A stretch of 64,000 nucleotides of DNA from Escherichia coli (GTDB lineage Bacteria; Pseudomonadota; Gammaproteobacteria; Enterobacterales; Enterobacteriaceae): assembly GCF_003334405.1 (NCBI RefSeq), contig NZ_QOWM01000005.1. The stretch is one strand, 5' to 3'. Both the position numbers and the translations under genes were made by a program. Below, one piece after another: positions 42,003 to 54,795 of this stretch. Position 1 is the first letter of the stretch. The number at the start of each line of letters is the position of its first letter. A model generated the notes under the pieces. It worked only from the letters and a program-made list of their open reading frames with translations, was not told the origin of the DNA and made no database searches.

Positions 42003-42090
42003 AATTCCATCGGGTCCGAATTTTCGGACCTTTTCTCCGCTTTTCCTTGCTGTCATCTACACTTAGAAAAAAACCAGTAAGGAAACATTT

Positions 42091-42624
42091 ATGCGCCTGC
42101 TCCCTCTCGTTGCCGCAGCGACAGCTGCATTTCTGGTCGTTGCCTGCAGTTCTCCTACGCCGCCGCGTGGCGTGACCGTAGTAAATAATTTCGACGCCAA
42201 ACGTTATCTCGGTACCTGGTATGAGATTGCCCGTTTTGATCACCGCTTTGAACGTGGACTGGAAAAAGTCACCGCAACATACAGCCTGCGTGATGACGGC
42301 GGCCTGAATGTCATTAATAAAGGCTATAACCCTGACAGAGGAATGTGGCAGCAGAGTGAAGGGAAAGCGTACTTTACCGGCGCACCAACTCGCGCTGCGC
42401 TGAAAGTGTCATTCTTTGGTCCTTTCTATGGCGGTTATAACGTTATTGCACTCGATCGGGAATACCGCCATGCGCTGGTTTGCGGCCCGGACCGCGACTA
42501 CCTGTGGATACTCTCCCGCACGCCAACCATTTCTGACGAAGTGAAACAGGAGATGCTGGCAGTCGCGACCCGGGAAGGGTTTGATGTCAGTAAATTTATT
42601 TGGGTACAGCAGCCTGGTAGTTAG
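42091..42624 (+). CDS. blc: outer-membrane lipocalin Blc
   Basis: 177-aa ORF with signal peptide plus lipobox (VVACSS) and lipocalin fold motifs. Confidence 0.93.
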   Translation: MRLLPLVAAATAAFLVVACSSPTPPRGVTVVNNFDAKRYLGTWYEIARFDHRFERGLEKVTATYSLRDDGGLNVINKGYNPDRGMWQQSEGKAYFTGAPTRAALKVSFFGPFYGGYNVIALDREYRHALVCGPDRDYLWILSRTPTISDEVKQEMLAVATREGFDVSKFIWVQQPGS

Positions 42625-42938
42625 TGAGTGCTGAGTTTCAGACCAATAATCCCCAATACGATTAACGCCAGACTCGCCAGGCGCATCGGGTTAGCGGACT
42701 CACCGAGCAGCACAATGCCGGTTATGGCCGCGCCGACTGCGCCAATACCCGTCCACACGGCATAAGCCGTCCCTACTGGTAACGATTTCATCGCCCAGGC
42801 AAGTAGCGCCATACTGACAATCATCGCCGTCACAGTAATAACACTCGGCGTCAAACGACTAAAGCCGTGGGTATATTTCAGGCCAACGGCCCATACCACT
42901 TCCAGCAGACCAGCAATAACTAAGATAATCCAGGACAT
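42621..42938 (-). CDS. gdx: SMR-family guanidinium exporter Gdx (SugE)
   Basis: ORF 42621..43088 trimmed to [26 protein letters not shown]... (105 aa, 4 TM helices). Confidence 0.93.
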   Translation of the reverse strand: MSWIILVIAGLLEVVWAVGLKYTHGFSRLTPSVITVTAMIVSMALLAWAMKSLPVGTAYAVWTGIGAVGAAITGIVLLGESANPMRLASLALIVLGIIGLKLSTH

Positions 42939-42956
42939 ATCAGGCTCCGGAGAATT

Positions 42957-42999
42957 GGGGCCGTCCCCGGTGAAAAGAGGCGTTTGCAGGTCGTCCTGC
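42957..42999 (-). ncRNA. guanidine-II (mini-ykkC) riboswitch in the gdx 5' UTR
   Basis: minus-strand transcript contains two short hairpins with ACGR loops: GCAGG-ACGA-CCUGC and GGGG-ACGG-CCCC, about 15 nt apart, ending about 18 nt before the gdx AUG and next to its GGAG Shine-Dalgarno. Confidence 0.8.
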
Positions 43000-43069
43000 A
43001 AAGCTGATGGTTGAACGGATATTTTGCCAGGTGGCAGGGGAATTTCAACTATTACCTTTGTGACTATCG

Positions 43070-43108
43070 CAGAAAAAACAAACGGCACGACACAGCTGTC
43101 GTACCGTT
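43070..43108 (-). terminator. rho-independent terminator downstream of ecnB
   Basis: minus-strand hairpin ACGGUACGACAGCUGUGUCGUGCCGU followed by UUGUUUUUUC. Confidence 0.65.
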
Positions 43109-43113
43109 ATTGC

Positions 43114-43260
43114 TTATTGCTGCGCTTTCGTTGCTGCGCCAGAAATCGCGTTACCGCCATCAGAAATGTCTTCACCAACGCCACGCGTGGTGTTGCAGGC
43201 AGTTAATACTGTTGAAAGCACCAGAACAGAAAAGATCGCTGCAATTGTCTTCTTCACCAT
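43114..43260 (-). CDS. ecnB: entericidin B (small lipoprotein toxin)
   Basis: manual translation [48 protein letters not shown] (48 aa); below the ORF-track size cut-off. Confidence 0.9.
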
Positions 43261-43370
43261 AACGTCTTCCTTTTAGGTAATGTTATTTATGTTTGCCTAT
43301 AGCAAATTAATAATAGACAACATCGCCAAAAATGATGGGAATCTGATGATTTTTCGGAAGAGAAGAAAAA

Positions 43371-43496
43371 TTAGCTGGCAGCGCGAGAGATGGAGTTGCC
43401 GAGATGTTTGATGTCTTCGCCGAAACCGCGAGCGGTGTTACAGCCCGTGAGCAGCGTGCTGGCAAGCAAAACAAGAACGATAAGGCGTTTCATCAT
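43371..43496 (-). CDS. ecnA: entericidin A (small lipoprotein antidote)
   Basis: manual translation [41 protein letters not shown] (41 aa); below the ORF-track size cut-off. Confidence 0.9.
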   Translation of the reverse strand: MMKRLIVLVLLASTLLTGCNTARGFGEDIKHLGNSISRAAS

Positions 43497-43547
43497 CTCT
43501 GACCTGAATAAGTGATGGTGCAGCCTGCAGGCCGCACCACAACCGCA

Positions 43548-44114
43548 TTACTTCACGCGAGAGACGTATTCACCAGAGCGGGTATCCACTTTGATGACTT
43601 CGCCGATTTGTACAAACAGCGGAACTTTAACCACAGCGCCAGTAGACAGGGTAGCCGGTTTGCCACCAGTACCTGCGGTATCACCTTTCAGGCCCGGATC
43701 GGTATCAACGATTTCCAGTTCAACGAAGTTCGGCGGAGTAACGGAGATCGGCTGACCATTCCACAGAGTTACGATACACTCTGCCTGATCCAGCAGCCAT
43801 TTAGCGTTGTCACCAATTGCTTTTGCATCAGCAGACAGCTGCTCGAAAGTTTCGTTGTTCATGAAGTGCCAGAACTCACCGTCGTTGTACAGGTAAGTCA
43901 GGTTCATATCGACAACATCAGCGCCTTCAGCGGAATCAGTAGATTTGAAGGTTTTTTCTACGCGAGTACCGGTCAGCAGACGACGCAGTTTAACGCGAGC
44001 AAATGCCTGGCCTTTACCCGGTTTTACGAATTCACTCGCTTCAACCGCGTAAGGTTCGCCGTCTAACATGATTTTAAGACCAGCACGAAAATCGTTGCTA
44101 TAGTACGTTGCCAT
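43548..44114 (-). CDS. efp: translation elongation factor P
   Basis: 188-aa [27 protein letters not shown]... with the KPGKG loop carrying the modified lysine. Confidence 0.97.
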
Positions 44115-44155
44115 AAGGCCCTCTGAAATTTGTTAATTGGTAGCTAAGCCACAAA

Positions 44156-45184
44156 ATGGCGCATATTGTAACCCTAAATACCCCATCCAGAGAAGATTGG
44201 TTAACGCAACTTGCCGATGTTGTGACCGATCCTGATGAACTTCTGCGTCTTTTGAATATAGACGCGGAGGAAAAACTGTTAGCCGGACGCAGCGCCAAAA
44301 AGCTTTTTGCCCTGCGTGTGCCCCGCTCATTTATCGATCGCATGGAGAAAGGCAATCCGGACGATCCTCTTTTGCGTCAGGTACTTACCTCGCAAGATGA
44401 GTTTGTCATCGCGCCCGGATTCTCCACCGACCCACTGGAAGAACAGCACAGCGTAGTGCCTGGTTTGTTGCATAAATACCACAACCGGGCGCTTTTGCTG
44501 GTCAAAGGCGGCTGCGCGGTAAATTGCCGCTATTGCTTCCGTCGTCACTTCCCCTATGCCGAAAATCAGGGCAACAAGCGTAACTGGCAAACTGCACTTG
44601 AGTATGTTGCTGCGCATCCGGAACTGGACGAGATGATTTTCTCCGGCGGCGATCCGCTGATGGCGAAAGATCACGAGCTGGACTGGTTGCTCACACAACT
44701 GGAAGCCATCCCGCATATAAAACGTCTGCGGATTCACAGCCGTCTGCCGATTGTGATCCCGGCACGTATCACCGAGGCGCTGGTTGAATGCTTTGCCCGT
44801 TCTACGCTGCAAATCTTGCTGGTGAATCACATCAACCATGCCAATGAGGTAGATGAAACATTCCGTCAGGCGATGGCTAAGTTGCGCCGGGTAGGCGTTA
44901 CTTTGCTGAACCAGAGCGTTCTGTTACGTGATGTGAACGATAACGCACAAACGCTGGCAAACCTGAGTAATGCGTTGTTCGATGCCGGCGTAATGCCGTA
45001 TTACCTGCATGTGCTCGATAAAGTACAGGGCGCGGCGCATTTTATGGTGAGTGATGACGAAGCACGGCAGATTATGCGTGAGTTGCTGACACTGGTGTCG
45101 GGATATCTGGTGCCGAAACTGGCGCGAGAAATTGGCGGCGAACCCAGCAAAACGCCGCTGGATCTCCAGCTACGCCAGCAGTAA
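44156..45184 (+). CDS. epmB: EF-P beta-lysylation lysine 2,3-aminomutase EpmB (YjeK)
   Basis: 342-aa ORF with radical-SAM CxxxCxxC motif (CAVNCRYC). Confidence 0.95.
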   Translation: MAHIVTLNTPSREDWLTQLADVVTDPDELLRLLNIDAEEKLLAGRSAKKLFALRVPRSFIDRMEKGNPDDPLLRQVLTSQDEFVIAPGFSTDPLEEQHSVVPGLLHKYHNRALLLVKGGCAVNCRYCFRRHFPYAENQGNKRNWQTALEYVAAHPELDEMIFSGGDPLMAKDHELDWLLTQLEAIPHIKRLRIHSRLPIVIPARITEALVECFARSTLQILLVNHINHANEVDETFRQAMAKLRRVGVTLLNQSVLLRDVNDNAQTLANLSNALFDAGVMPYYLHVLDKVQGAAHFMVSDDEARQIMRELLTLVSGYLVPKLAREIGGEPSKTPLDLQLRQQ

Positions 45185-45216
45185 CTGATTAAACAGGGAA
45201 GTTAAACATTAAAATT

Positions 45217-45325
45217 GCCTGATTCGCTACGCTTATCAGGCCTACATCGTGCATTGAAATTGAATGGATTTGCAATGAACTGTAGGCCGGATAAGGCGTT
45301 TACGCTGCATCCGGCAAGAGCAACA
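45217..45325. repeat. REP pair (BIME-like) downstream of epmB
   Basis: gcctgattcgctacgcttatcaggcctaca ... tgtaggccggataaggcgtttacgctgcatccggca. Confidence 0.6.
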
Positions 45326-45578
45326 AACGCAAGTACAGCAACCTGTCATTAAACTGGGAAGTTTAATCTTTGCCCGTTGCATAACCTTTAATTATTCATA
45401 TGCATTGCTGTTGTTACTTTTTATATAGCTAACACCAATAATTAACCTTTCTTTTCTGTTTATATAGAGTGAGTACGGCTATTTATGTTATTTTAACAAC
45501 TATTACTACCAAGCCCATTTATCTGGCTTATAAATTAAAATTAATTATTTAATTGAGAAATGGTTAGGGAGAACCTAC

Positions 45579-46448
45579 ATGGCCATAAGCATCAAGGGTG
45601 TTAATACCGGTGTTATTCGCAAGAGTAATAATTTCATTGCACTGGCGCTGAAAATTAAAGAACCTCGCAATAAAGAATCGTTGTTCTTTATGTCTGTCAT
45701 GGAACTGCGCGACCTGCTGATTGCGCTGGAAAGTCGTCTGCATCAAAAGCATAAACTGGATGCTGCTGCACACCTTCAGTATGAGCAAGCTCGCGATAAA
45801 GTCATTAAGAAAATGGCAGAAAACATCCCAGAAATTCTGGTTGATGAGCTTAAAAATGCCGATATTAATCGTCGGGTTAACACGCTGGAACTTACCGATA
45901 ATCAAGGCGAAAATCTTACCTTCGTATTAACGCTACATGACGGTAGCAAATGTGAGTTAGTCGTCAATGAGTTGCAGATTGAAATGCTGGCGCGAGCAAT
46001 CATTCATGCAATTAATAATGCGGAAATGCGTGAACTGGCATTACGTATTACCTCACTGTTAGATTTCCTGCCGTTATACGACGTTGACTGCCAGGACAAT
46101 GGCAATCTGGAATATGACACCTATTCCCAACCGGAATGGAAACATAACTTGTTCGACCATTATCTGGCGGTGCTTTACCGCTTTAAAGATGAAAGTGGCA
46201 AAGAACAATTTAGCGGCGCAGTGGTGAAAACGCGTGAAGCAACGCCGGGTAAAGAAATAGAAGCGATCACTCGCCGAATGCTTGATTTCAGCCCACGACT
46301 GAAAAAACTCGCGGGTGTGCCATGTCAGGTCTATGTTCGCACCGTAGCGGCGAATAACGCCCAACCGCTAACCCAGGATCAATGCTTACGCGCGCTGCAT
46401 CACTTACGTGTTCAATCCACCAGCAAAACTGCACCACAGGCGAAATAA
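45579..46448 (+). CDS. yjeJ: uncharacterised protein YjeJ
   Basis: 289-aa ORF; visibly AT-rich (about 37% GC in the first 60 nt), preceded by a very AT-rich stretch of about 240 bp. Confidence 0.85.
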   Translation: MAISIKGVNTGVIRKSNNFIALALKIKEPRNKESLFFMSVMELRDLLIALESRLHQKHKLDAAAHLQYEQARDKVIKKMAENIPEILVDELKNADINRRVNTLELTDNQGENLTFVLTLHDGSKCELVVNELQIEMLARAIIHAINNAEMRELALRITSLLDFLPLYDVDCQDNGNLEYDTYSQPEWKHNLFDHYLAVLYRFKDESGKEQFSGAVVKTREATPGKEIEAITRRMLDFSPRLKKLAGVPCQVYVRTVAANNAQPLTQDQCLRALHHLRVQSTSKTAPQAK

Positions 46449-46516
46449 TCTCATCTTTGCTAATGCGAGGCTGGAGCCATCCAGCCTGAAATGACTGATA
46501 ACGTGATCGTTGGTCA

Positions 46517-46617
<101 letters not shown>

Positions 46618-46650
46618 ATTATACGTTTGTCACCCAGCCTCTGGATCACA

Positions 46651-47004
46651 TCAGTTCGGGCACTTATAAACCTGACCGATAATCTGGCTATCCGTCGGGA
46701 CAAAACTGGACAACATTCCCTGCGACGGGCTACTGATGCCATAAATCACGTTACCGCCCATTGCAGCCGCCTGGTTGCGCAGATCGTTTGCTGCGCCGCG
46801 CATAGAACCGCCTTCTTCTCCGTGTTGCCCGGAAAGCCAGTTGCTTTGCTTACCTGTCGCAGTACCAATCAGCTGGCACTCTGCGCCTGGCTGCTCGTCC
46901 ACAATGCGTACACTCTGACCGGCAGCACTCAATTCGTTGCTGGAGCTACAACCCGCCATCAGTAGCGCGGCACCGACAATCCCTGCTAAGTATTTTACGT
47001 GCAT
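46651..47004 (-). CDS. yjeI: DUF4156-family lipoprotein YjeI
   Basis: ORF 46651..47037 trimmed to MHVKYLAGIVGAALLMAGCSSS... (117 aa); lipobox LMAGC. Confidence 0.85.
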   Translation of the reverse strand: MHVKYLAGIVGAALLMAGCSSSNELSAAGQSVRIVDEQPGAECQLIGTATGKQSNWLSGQHGEEGGSMRGAANDLRNQAAAMGGNVIYGISSPSQGMLSSFVPTDSQIIGQVYKCPN

Positions 47005-47082
47005 GTTATTCCCCATAATCAATGAGCTGGACGCCACTCGCGTCGTCCGTGTCTGAATCTTATACTAGAAAGATGACCAAAA

Positions 47083-47115
47083 GAAAAACCCCCAGACATT
47101 TCTGCCCGGGGGTTT
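47083..47115 (-). terminator. rho-independent terminator of the groESL operon
   Basis: minus-strand hairpin CCCCCGGGCAGAAAUGUCUGGGGG followed by UUUUUCUUUU, 27 nt after the groEL stop. Confidence 0.7.
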
Positions 47116-47141
47116 GTTTATTTCTGCGAGGTGCAGGGCAA

Positions 47142-48800
<1,659 letters not shown>

Positions 48801-48831
48801 TTAAATTCGTATGTTCAGTGTCGTGCGCGGA

Positions 48832-49176
<345 letters not shown>

Positions 49177-49199
49177 TTACGTGGTTTCCCGGCTGGTGA

Positions 49200-49240
49200 C
49201 CAGAGAAATGGGGATGAGGCTTCGCCCCTTCAAGGGGGAA
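49200..49240 (-). promoter_or_regulatory. sigma-32 heat-shock promoter of groESL
   Basis: minus-strand CCCCCTTGAAGGGGCGAAGCCTCATCCCCATTTCTC: -35 CTTGAA and -10 CCCCATTT match the sigma-32 consensus with 14-bp spacing. Confidence 0.75.
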
Positions 49241-49400
49241 AAAGAAAAAAAATTCTGATCAGCACAAAATCGGGTGAAAACCCTGATTCACCTCACATTT
49301 CATCGCAATTTCTTCATCGCCGTCATAAGCGAATCTGATTGTGCTACCATCGAAAATCTACGCAGTTGCCCAAAATTTGGGCGCAATCGGACATCAACCC

Positions 49401-50657
49401 ATGAGTGGACTCAAACAAGAACTGGGGCTGGCCCAGGGCATTGGCCTGCTATCGACGTCATTATTAGGCACTGGCGTGTTTGCCGTTCCTGCGTTAGCTG
49501 CGCTGGTAGCGGGCAATAACAGCCTGTGGGCGTGGCCCGTTTTGATTATCTTAGTGTTCCCGATTGCGATTGTGTTTGCGATTCTGGGTCGCCACTATCC
49601 CAGCGCAGGCGGCGTCGCGCACTTCGTCGGTATGGCGTTTGGTTCGCGGCTTGAGCGAGTCACCGGCTGGCTGTTTTTATCGGTCATTCCCGTGGGTTTG
49701 CCTGCCGCACTACAAATTGCCGCCGGGTTCGGCCAGGCGATGTTTGGCTGGCATAGCTGGCAACTGTTGTTGGCAGAACTCGGTACGCTGGCGCTGGTGT
49801 GGTATATCGGTACTCGCGGTGCCAGTTCCAGTGCTAATCTACAAACCGTTATTGCCGGACTTATCGTCGCGCTGATTGTCGCTATCTGGTGGGCGGGCGA
49901 TATCAAACCTGCGAATATCCCCTTTCCGGCACCTGGTAATATCGAACTTACCGGGTTATTTGCTGCGTTATCAGTGATGTTCTGGTGTTTTGTCGGTCTG
50001 GAGGCATTTGCCCATCTCGCCTCGGAATTTAAAAATCCAGAGCGTGATTTTCCTCGTGCTTTGATGATTGGTCTGCTGCTGGCAGGATTAGTCTACTGGG
50101 GCTGTACGGTAGTCGTCTTACACTTCGACGCCTATGGTGAAAAAATGGCGGCGGCAGCATCGCTTCCAAAAATTGTAGTGCAGTTGTTCGGTGTAGGAGC
50201 GTTATGGATTGCCTGCGTGATTGGCTATCTGGCCTGCTTTGCCAGTCTCAACATTTATATACAGAGCTTCGCCCGCCTGGTCTGGTCGCAGGCGCAACAT
50301 AATCCTGACCACTACCTGGCACGCCTCTCTTCTCGCCATATCCCGAATAATGCCCTCAATGCGGTGCTCGGCTGCTGTGTGGTGAGCACTTTGGTGATTC
50401 ATGCTTTAGAGATCAATCTGGACGCTCTTATTATTTATGCCAATGGCATCTTTATTATGATTTATCTGTTATGCATGCTGGCAGGCTGTAAATTATTGCA
50501 AGGACGTTATCGACTACTGGCGGTGGTTGGCGGGCTGTTATGCGTTCTGTTACTGGCAATGGTCGGCTGGAAAAGTCTCTATGCGCTGATCATGCTGGCG
50601 GGGTTATGGCTGTTGCTGCCAAAACGAAAAACGCCGGAAAATGGCATAACCACATAA
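49401..50657 (+). CDS. yjeH: APC-family amino-acid exporter YjeH
   Basis: ORF 49341..50657 trimmed to MSGLKQELGLAQGIGLL... (418 aa); about 12 TM helices. Confidence 0.88.
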   Translation: MSGLKQELGLAQGIGLLSTSLLGTGVFAVPALAALVAGNNSLWAWPVLIILVFPIAIVFAILGRHYPSAGGVAHFVGMAFGSRLERVTGWLFLSVIPVGLPAALQIAAGFGQAMFGWHSWQLLLAELGTLALVWYIGTRGASSSANLQTVIAGLIVALIVAIWWAGDIKPANIPFPAPGNIELTGLFAALSVMFWCFVGLEAFAHLASEFKNPERDFPRALMIGLLLAGLVYWGCTVVVLHFDAYGEKMAAAASLPKIVVQLFGVGALWIACVIGYLACFASLNIYIQSFARLVWSQAQHNPDHYLARLSSRHIPNNALNAVLGCCVVSTLVIHALEINLDALIIYANGIFIMIYLLCMLAGCKLLQGRYRLLAVVGGLLCVLLLAMVGWKSLYALIMLAGLWLLLPKRKTPENGITT

Positions 50658-50672
50658 TCCGGCGTTTCGACA

Positions 50673-51149
50673 TTAATCCTGGCGATCGTCTTTATGATCA
50701 AGGCGGTCGCGCTCATCATCCTTTCGCTGGTACTCACCATCAAAAGTATTACCGCCACCGGTCCCGGCGCTAAAACCGCCGCCAGGCATGCGAGAAAAGC
50801 GCAAATGCGGCATCAACTTCACTGTCAGATGCTTTTGCACCGGCGGCAATAAAAGTAGAAGACCGAGGAAGTCGGTAAAAAAGCCCGGTAATAAAAGCAG
50901 CAAACCAGCAATGATCAGCGAAACACTTTTAATCATCTCCGCCGCTGGGTTTTCACCCGCCGCCATTTTTTGCTGCATCAGCACGAAATTCTTAAAGCCC
51001 TGGTTACGTACCAGTGACATACCGATAACTGACGTGAATATAACCAGCACGAGGGTCAGCAATACCCCCAATACATGGGCAACCTGAATAAAGATTGAAA
51101 TCTCAATATAGACATAAAGGAAAATGGCAATAAAAGGTAACCAGCGCAA
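50673..51149 (-). CDS. fxsA: inner-membrane protein FxsA
   Basis: 158-aa ORF; N-terminal TM helices and charged C-terminal tail. Confidence 0.9.
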   Translation of the reverse strand: MRWLPFIAIFLYVYIEISIFIQVAHVLGVLLTLVLVIFTSVIGMSLVRNQGFKNFVLMQQKMAAGENPAAEMIKSVSLIIAGLLLLLPGFFTDFLGLLLLLPPVQKHLTVKLMPHLRFSRMPGGGFSAGTGGGNTFDGEYQRKDDERDRLDHKDDRQD

Positions 51150-51485
51150 AGGTTTCTCCTGTAATAGCAGCCGGTTAACCCCGGCTACCTGAATGGGTTG
51201 CGAATCGCGTTTAGCTTATATTGTGGTCATTAGCAAAATTTCAAGATGTTTGCGCAACTATTTTTGGTAGTAATCCCAAAGCGGTGATCTATTTCACAAA
51301 TTAATAATTAAGGGGTAAAAACCGACACTTAAAGTGATCCAGATTACGGTAGAAATCCTCAAGCAGCATATGATCTCGGGTATTCGGTCGATGCAGGGGA
51401 TAATCGTCGGTCGAAAAACATTCGAAACCACATATATTCTGTGTGTTTAAAGCAAATCATTGGCAGCTTGAAAAAGAAGGTTCAC

Positions 51486-52922
51486 ATGTCAAACAACATT
51501 CGTATCGAAGAAGATCTGTTGGGTACCAGGGAAGTTCCAGCTGATGCCTACTATGGTGTTCACACTCTGAGAGCGATTGAAAACTTCTATATCAGCAACA
51601 ACAAAATCAGTGATATTCCTGAATTTGTTCGCGGTATGGTAATGGTTAAAAAAGCCGCAGCTATGGCAAACAAAGAGCTGCAAACCATTCCTAAAAGTGT
51701 AGCGAATGCCATCATTGCCGCATGTGATGAAGTCCTGAACAACGGAAAATGCATGGATCAGTTCCCGGTAGACGTCTACCAGGGCGGCGCAGGTACTTCC
51801 GTAAACATGAACACCAACGAAGTGCTGGCCAATATCGGTCTGGAACTGATGGGTCACCAAAAAGGTGAATATCAGTACCTGAACCCGAACGACCATGTTA
51901 ACAAATGTCAGTCCACTAACGACGCCTACCCGACCGGTTTCCGTATCGCAGTTTACTCTTCCCTGATTAAGCTGGTAGATGCGATTAACCAACTGCGTGA
52001 AGGCTTTGAACGTAAAGCTGTCGAATTCCAGGACATCCTGAAAATGGGTCGTACCCAGCTGCAGGACGCAGTACCGATGACCCTCGGTCAGGAATTCCGC
52101 GCTTTCAGCATCCTGCTGAAAGAAGAAGTGAAAAACATCCAACGTACCGCTGAACTGCTGCTGGAAGTTAACCTTGGTGCAACAGCAATCGGTACTGGTC
52201 TGAACACGCCGAAAGAGTACTCTCCGCTGGCAGTGAAAAAACTGGCTGAAGTTACTGGCTTCCCATGCGTACCGGCTGAAGACCTGATCGAAGCGACCTC
52301 TGACTGCGGCGCTTATGTTATGGTTCACGGCGCGCTGAAACGCCTGGCTGTGAAGATGTCCAAAATCTGTAACGACCTGCGCTTGCTCTCTTCAGGCCCA
52401 CGTGCCGGCCTGAACGAGATCAACCTGCCGGAACTGCAGGCGGGCTCTTCCATCATGCCAGCTAAAGTAAACCCGGTTGTTCCGGAAGTGGTTAACCAGG
52501 TATGCTTCAAAGTCATCGGTAACGACACCACTGTTACCATGGCAGCAGAAGCAGGTCAGCTGCAGTTGAACGTTATGGAGCCGGTCATTGGCCAGGCCAT
52601 GTTCGAATCCGTTCACATTCTGACCAACGCTTGCTACAACCTGCTGGAAAAATGCATTAACGGCATCACTGCTAACAAAGAAGTGTGCGAAGGTTACGTT
52701 TACAACTCTATCGGTATCGTTACTTACCTGAACCCGTTCATCGGTCACCACAACGGTGACATCGTGGGTAAAATCTGTGCCGAAACCGGTAAGAGTGTAC
52801 GTGAAGTCGTTCTGGAACGCGGTCTGTTGACTGAAGCGGAACTTGACGATATTTTCTCCGTACAGAATCTGATGCACCCGGCTTACAAAGCAAAACGCTA
52901 TACTGATGAAAGCGAACAGTAA
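51486..52922 (+). CDS. aspA: aspartate ammonia-lyase
   Basis: ORF 51441..52922 trimmed to [24 protein letters not shown]... (478 aa); fumarate-lyase signature [10 protein letters not shown]. Confidence 0.97.
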
Positions 52923-52944
52923 TCGTACAGGGTAGTACAAATAA

Positions 52945-52978
52945 AAAAGGCACGTCAGATGACGTGCCTTTTTTCTTG
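52945..52978 (+). terminator. rho-independent terminator of aspA
   Basis: hairpin GGCACGUCAGAUGACGUGCC followed by UUUUUUCUUG. Confidence 0.75.
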
Positions 52979-53039
52979 TGAGCAGTAACTTAAAAATAAC
53001 AATCTAATATCAACTTGTTAAAAAACAAGGAAGGCTAAT

Positions 53040-54341
53040 ATGCTAGTTGTAGAACTCATCATAGTTTTGCTGGCGATCTTCTTGGGCGCCAGATTGGGGG
53101 GAATAGGTATTGGTTTTGCAGGCGGATTGGGGGTGCTGGTTCTTGCCGCTATTGGCGTTAAACCCGGTAACATCCCGTTCGATGTCATCTCCATTATCAT
53201 GGCGGTTATCGCCGCTATTTCTGCCATGCAGGTTGCTGGCGGTCTGGACTATCTGGTTCATCAGACAGAAAAGCTGCTGCGCCGTAACCCGAAATACATC
53301 ACGATCCTCGCACCGATCGTGACCTATTTCCTGACTATCTTTGCTGGTACTGGCAACATCTCTCTGGCGACACTGCCAGTTATCGCTGAAGTTGCGAAGG
53401 AACAAGGCGTTAAACCTTGCCGTCCGCTGTCTACTGCAGTGGTATCCGCGCAGATTGCGATCACCGCATCGCCAATCTCAGCGGCAGTGGTTTACATGTC
53501 TTCCGTGATGGAAGGTCATGGCATCAGCTACCTCCATCTGCTCTCCGTGGTCATCCCGTCCACCCTGCTGGCGGTTCTGGTGATGTCCTTCCTGGTCACT
53601 ATGCTGTTCAACTCCAAACTCTCTGACGATCCGATTTATCGCAAGCGTCTGGAAGAGGGCCTGGTTGAACTGCGCGGTGAAAAGCAGATTGAAATCAAAT
53701 CCGGTGCAAAAACGTCCGTCTGGCTGTTCCTGCTGGGCGTAGTTGGCGTGGTTATCTATGCAATCATCAACAGCCCAAGCATGGGTCTGGTTGAAAAACC
53801 GCTGATGAACACCACCAACGCAATCCTGATCATCATGCTCAGCGTTGCAACTCTGACCACCGTTATCTGTAAAGTCGATACCGACAACATCCTCAACTCC
53901 AGCACCTTCAAAGCAGGTATGAGCGCCTGTATTTGTATCCTGGGTGTTGCGTGGCTGGGCGATACTTTCGTTTCCAACAACATCGACTGGATCAAAGATA
54001 CCGCTGGTGAAGTGATTCAGGGTCATCCGTGGCTGCTGGCCGTCATCTTCTTCTTTGCTTCTGCTCTGCTGTACTCTCAGGCTGCAACCGCAAAAGCACT
54101 GATGCCGATGGCTCTGGCACTGAACGTTTCACCGCTGACCGCTGTTGCTTCTTTCGCTGCGGTGTCTGGTCTGTTCATTCTGCCGACCTACCCGACGCTG
54201 GTTGCTGCGGTACAGATGGATGACACGGGTACTACCCGTATCGGTAAATTCGTCTTCAACCATCCGTTCTTCATCCCGGGTACTCTGGGTGTTGCCCTGG
54301 CCGTTTGCTTCGGCTTCGTGCTGGGTAGCTTCATGCTGTAA
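53040..54341 (+). CDS. dcuA: anaerobic C4-dicarboxylate transporter DcuA
   Basis: 433-aa hydrophobic ORF MLVVELIIVLLAIFLGARLGGIG... Confidence 0.95.
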   Translation: MLVVELIIVLLAIFLGARLGGIGIGFAGGLGVLVLAAIGVKPGNIPFDVISIIMAVIAAISAMQVAGGLDYLVHQTEKLLRRNPKYITILAPIVTYFLTIFAGTGNISLATLPVIAEVAKEQGVKPCRPLSTAVVSAQIAITASPISAAVVYMSSVMEGHGISYLHLLSVVIPSTLLAVLVMSFLVTMLFNSKLSDDPIYRKRLEEGLVELRGEKQIEIKSGAKTSVWLFLLGVVGVVIYAIINSPSMGLVEKPLMNTTNAILIIMLSVATLTTVICKVDTDNILNSSTFKAGMSACICILGVAWLGDTFVSNNIDWIKDTAGEVIQGHPWLLAVIFFFASALLYSQAATAKALMPMALALNVSPLTAVASFAAVSGLFILPTYPTLVAAVQMDDTGTTRIGKFVFNHPFFIPGTLGVALAVCFGFVLGSFML

Positions 54342-54456
54342 TGATCAATCGCGGGGCGTTCACGCCCCGCTTTCTTTCCCGCCGACTAACATCCTTCCCC
54401 CGTCCGTTGTATAGTGACCTCTCTCTTGCGGTTCCATCTGTTCTTGCGAGGTGTTT

Positions 54457-54795
54457 ATGCTTGATGAAAAAAGTTCGAATACCGCGTCTGTCGTGGTGCT
54501 ATGTACGGCACCAGATGAAGCGACAGCCCAGGATTTAGCCGCCAAAGTGCTGGCGGAAAAACTGGCGGCCTGCGCGACCTTGATCCCCGGCGCTACCTCT
54601 CTCTATTACTGGGAAGGTAAGCTGGAGCAAGAATACGAAGTGCAGATGATTTTAAAAACTACCGTATCTCACCAGCAGGCACTGCTGGAATGCCTGAAGT
54701 CTCATCATCCATATCAAACCCCGGAACTTCTGGTTTTACCTGTTACACACGGAGACACAGATTACCTCTCATGGCTCAACGCATCTTTACGCTGA
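54457..54795 (+). CDS. cutA: divalent-cation tolerance protein CutA
   Basis: ORF 54451..54795 trimmed to [15 protein letters not shown]... (112 aa). Confidence 0.93.
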
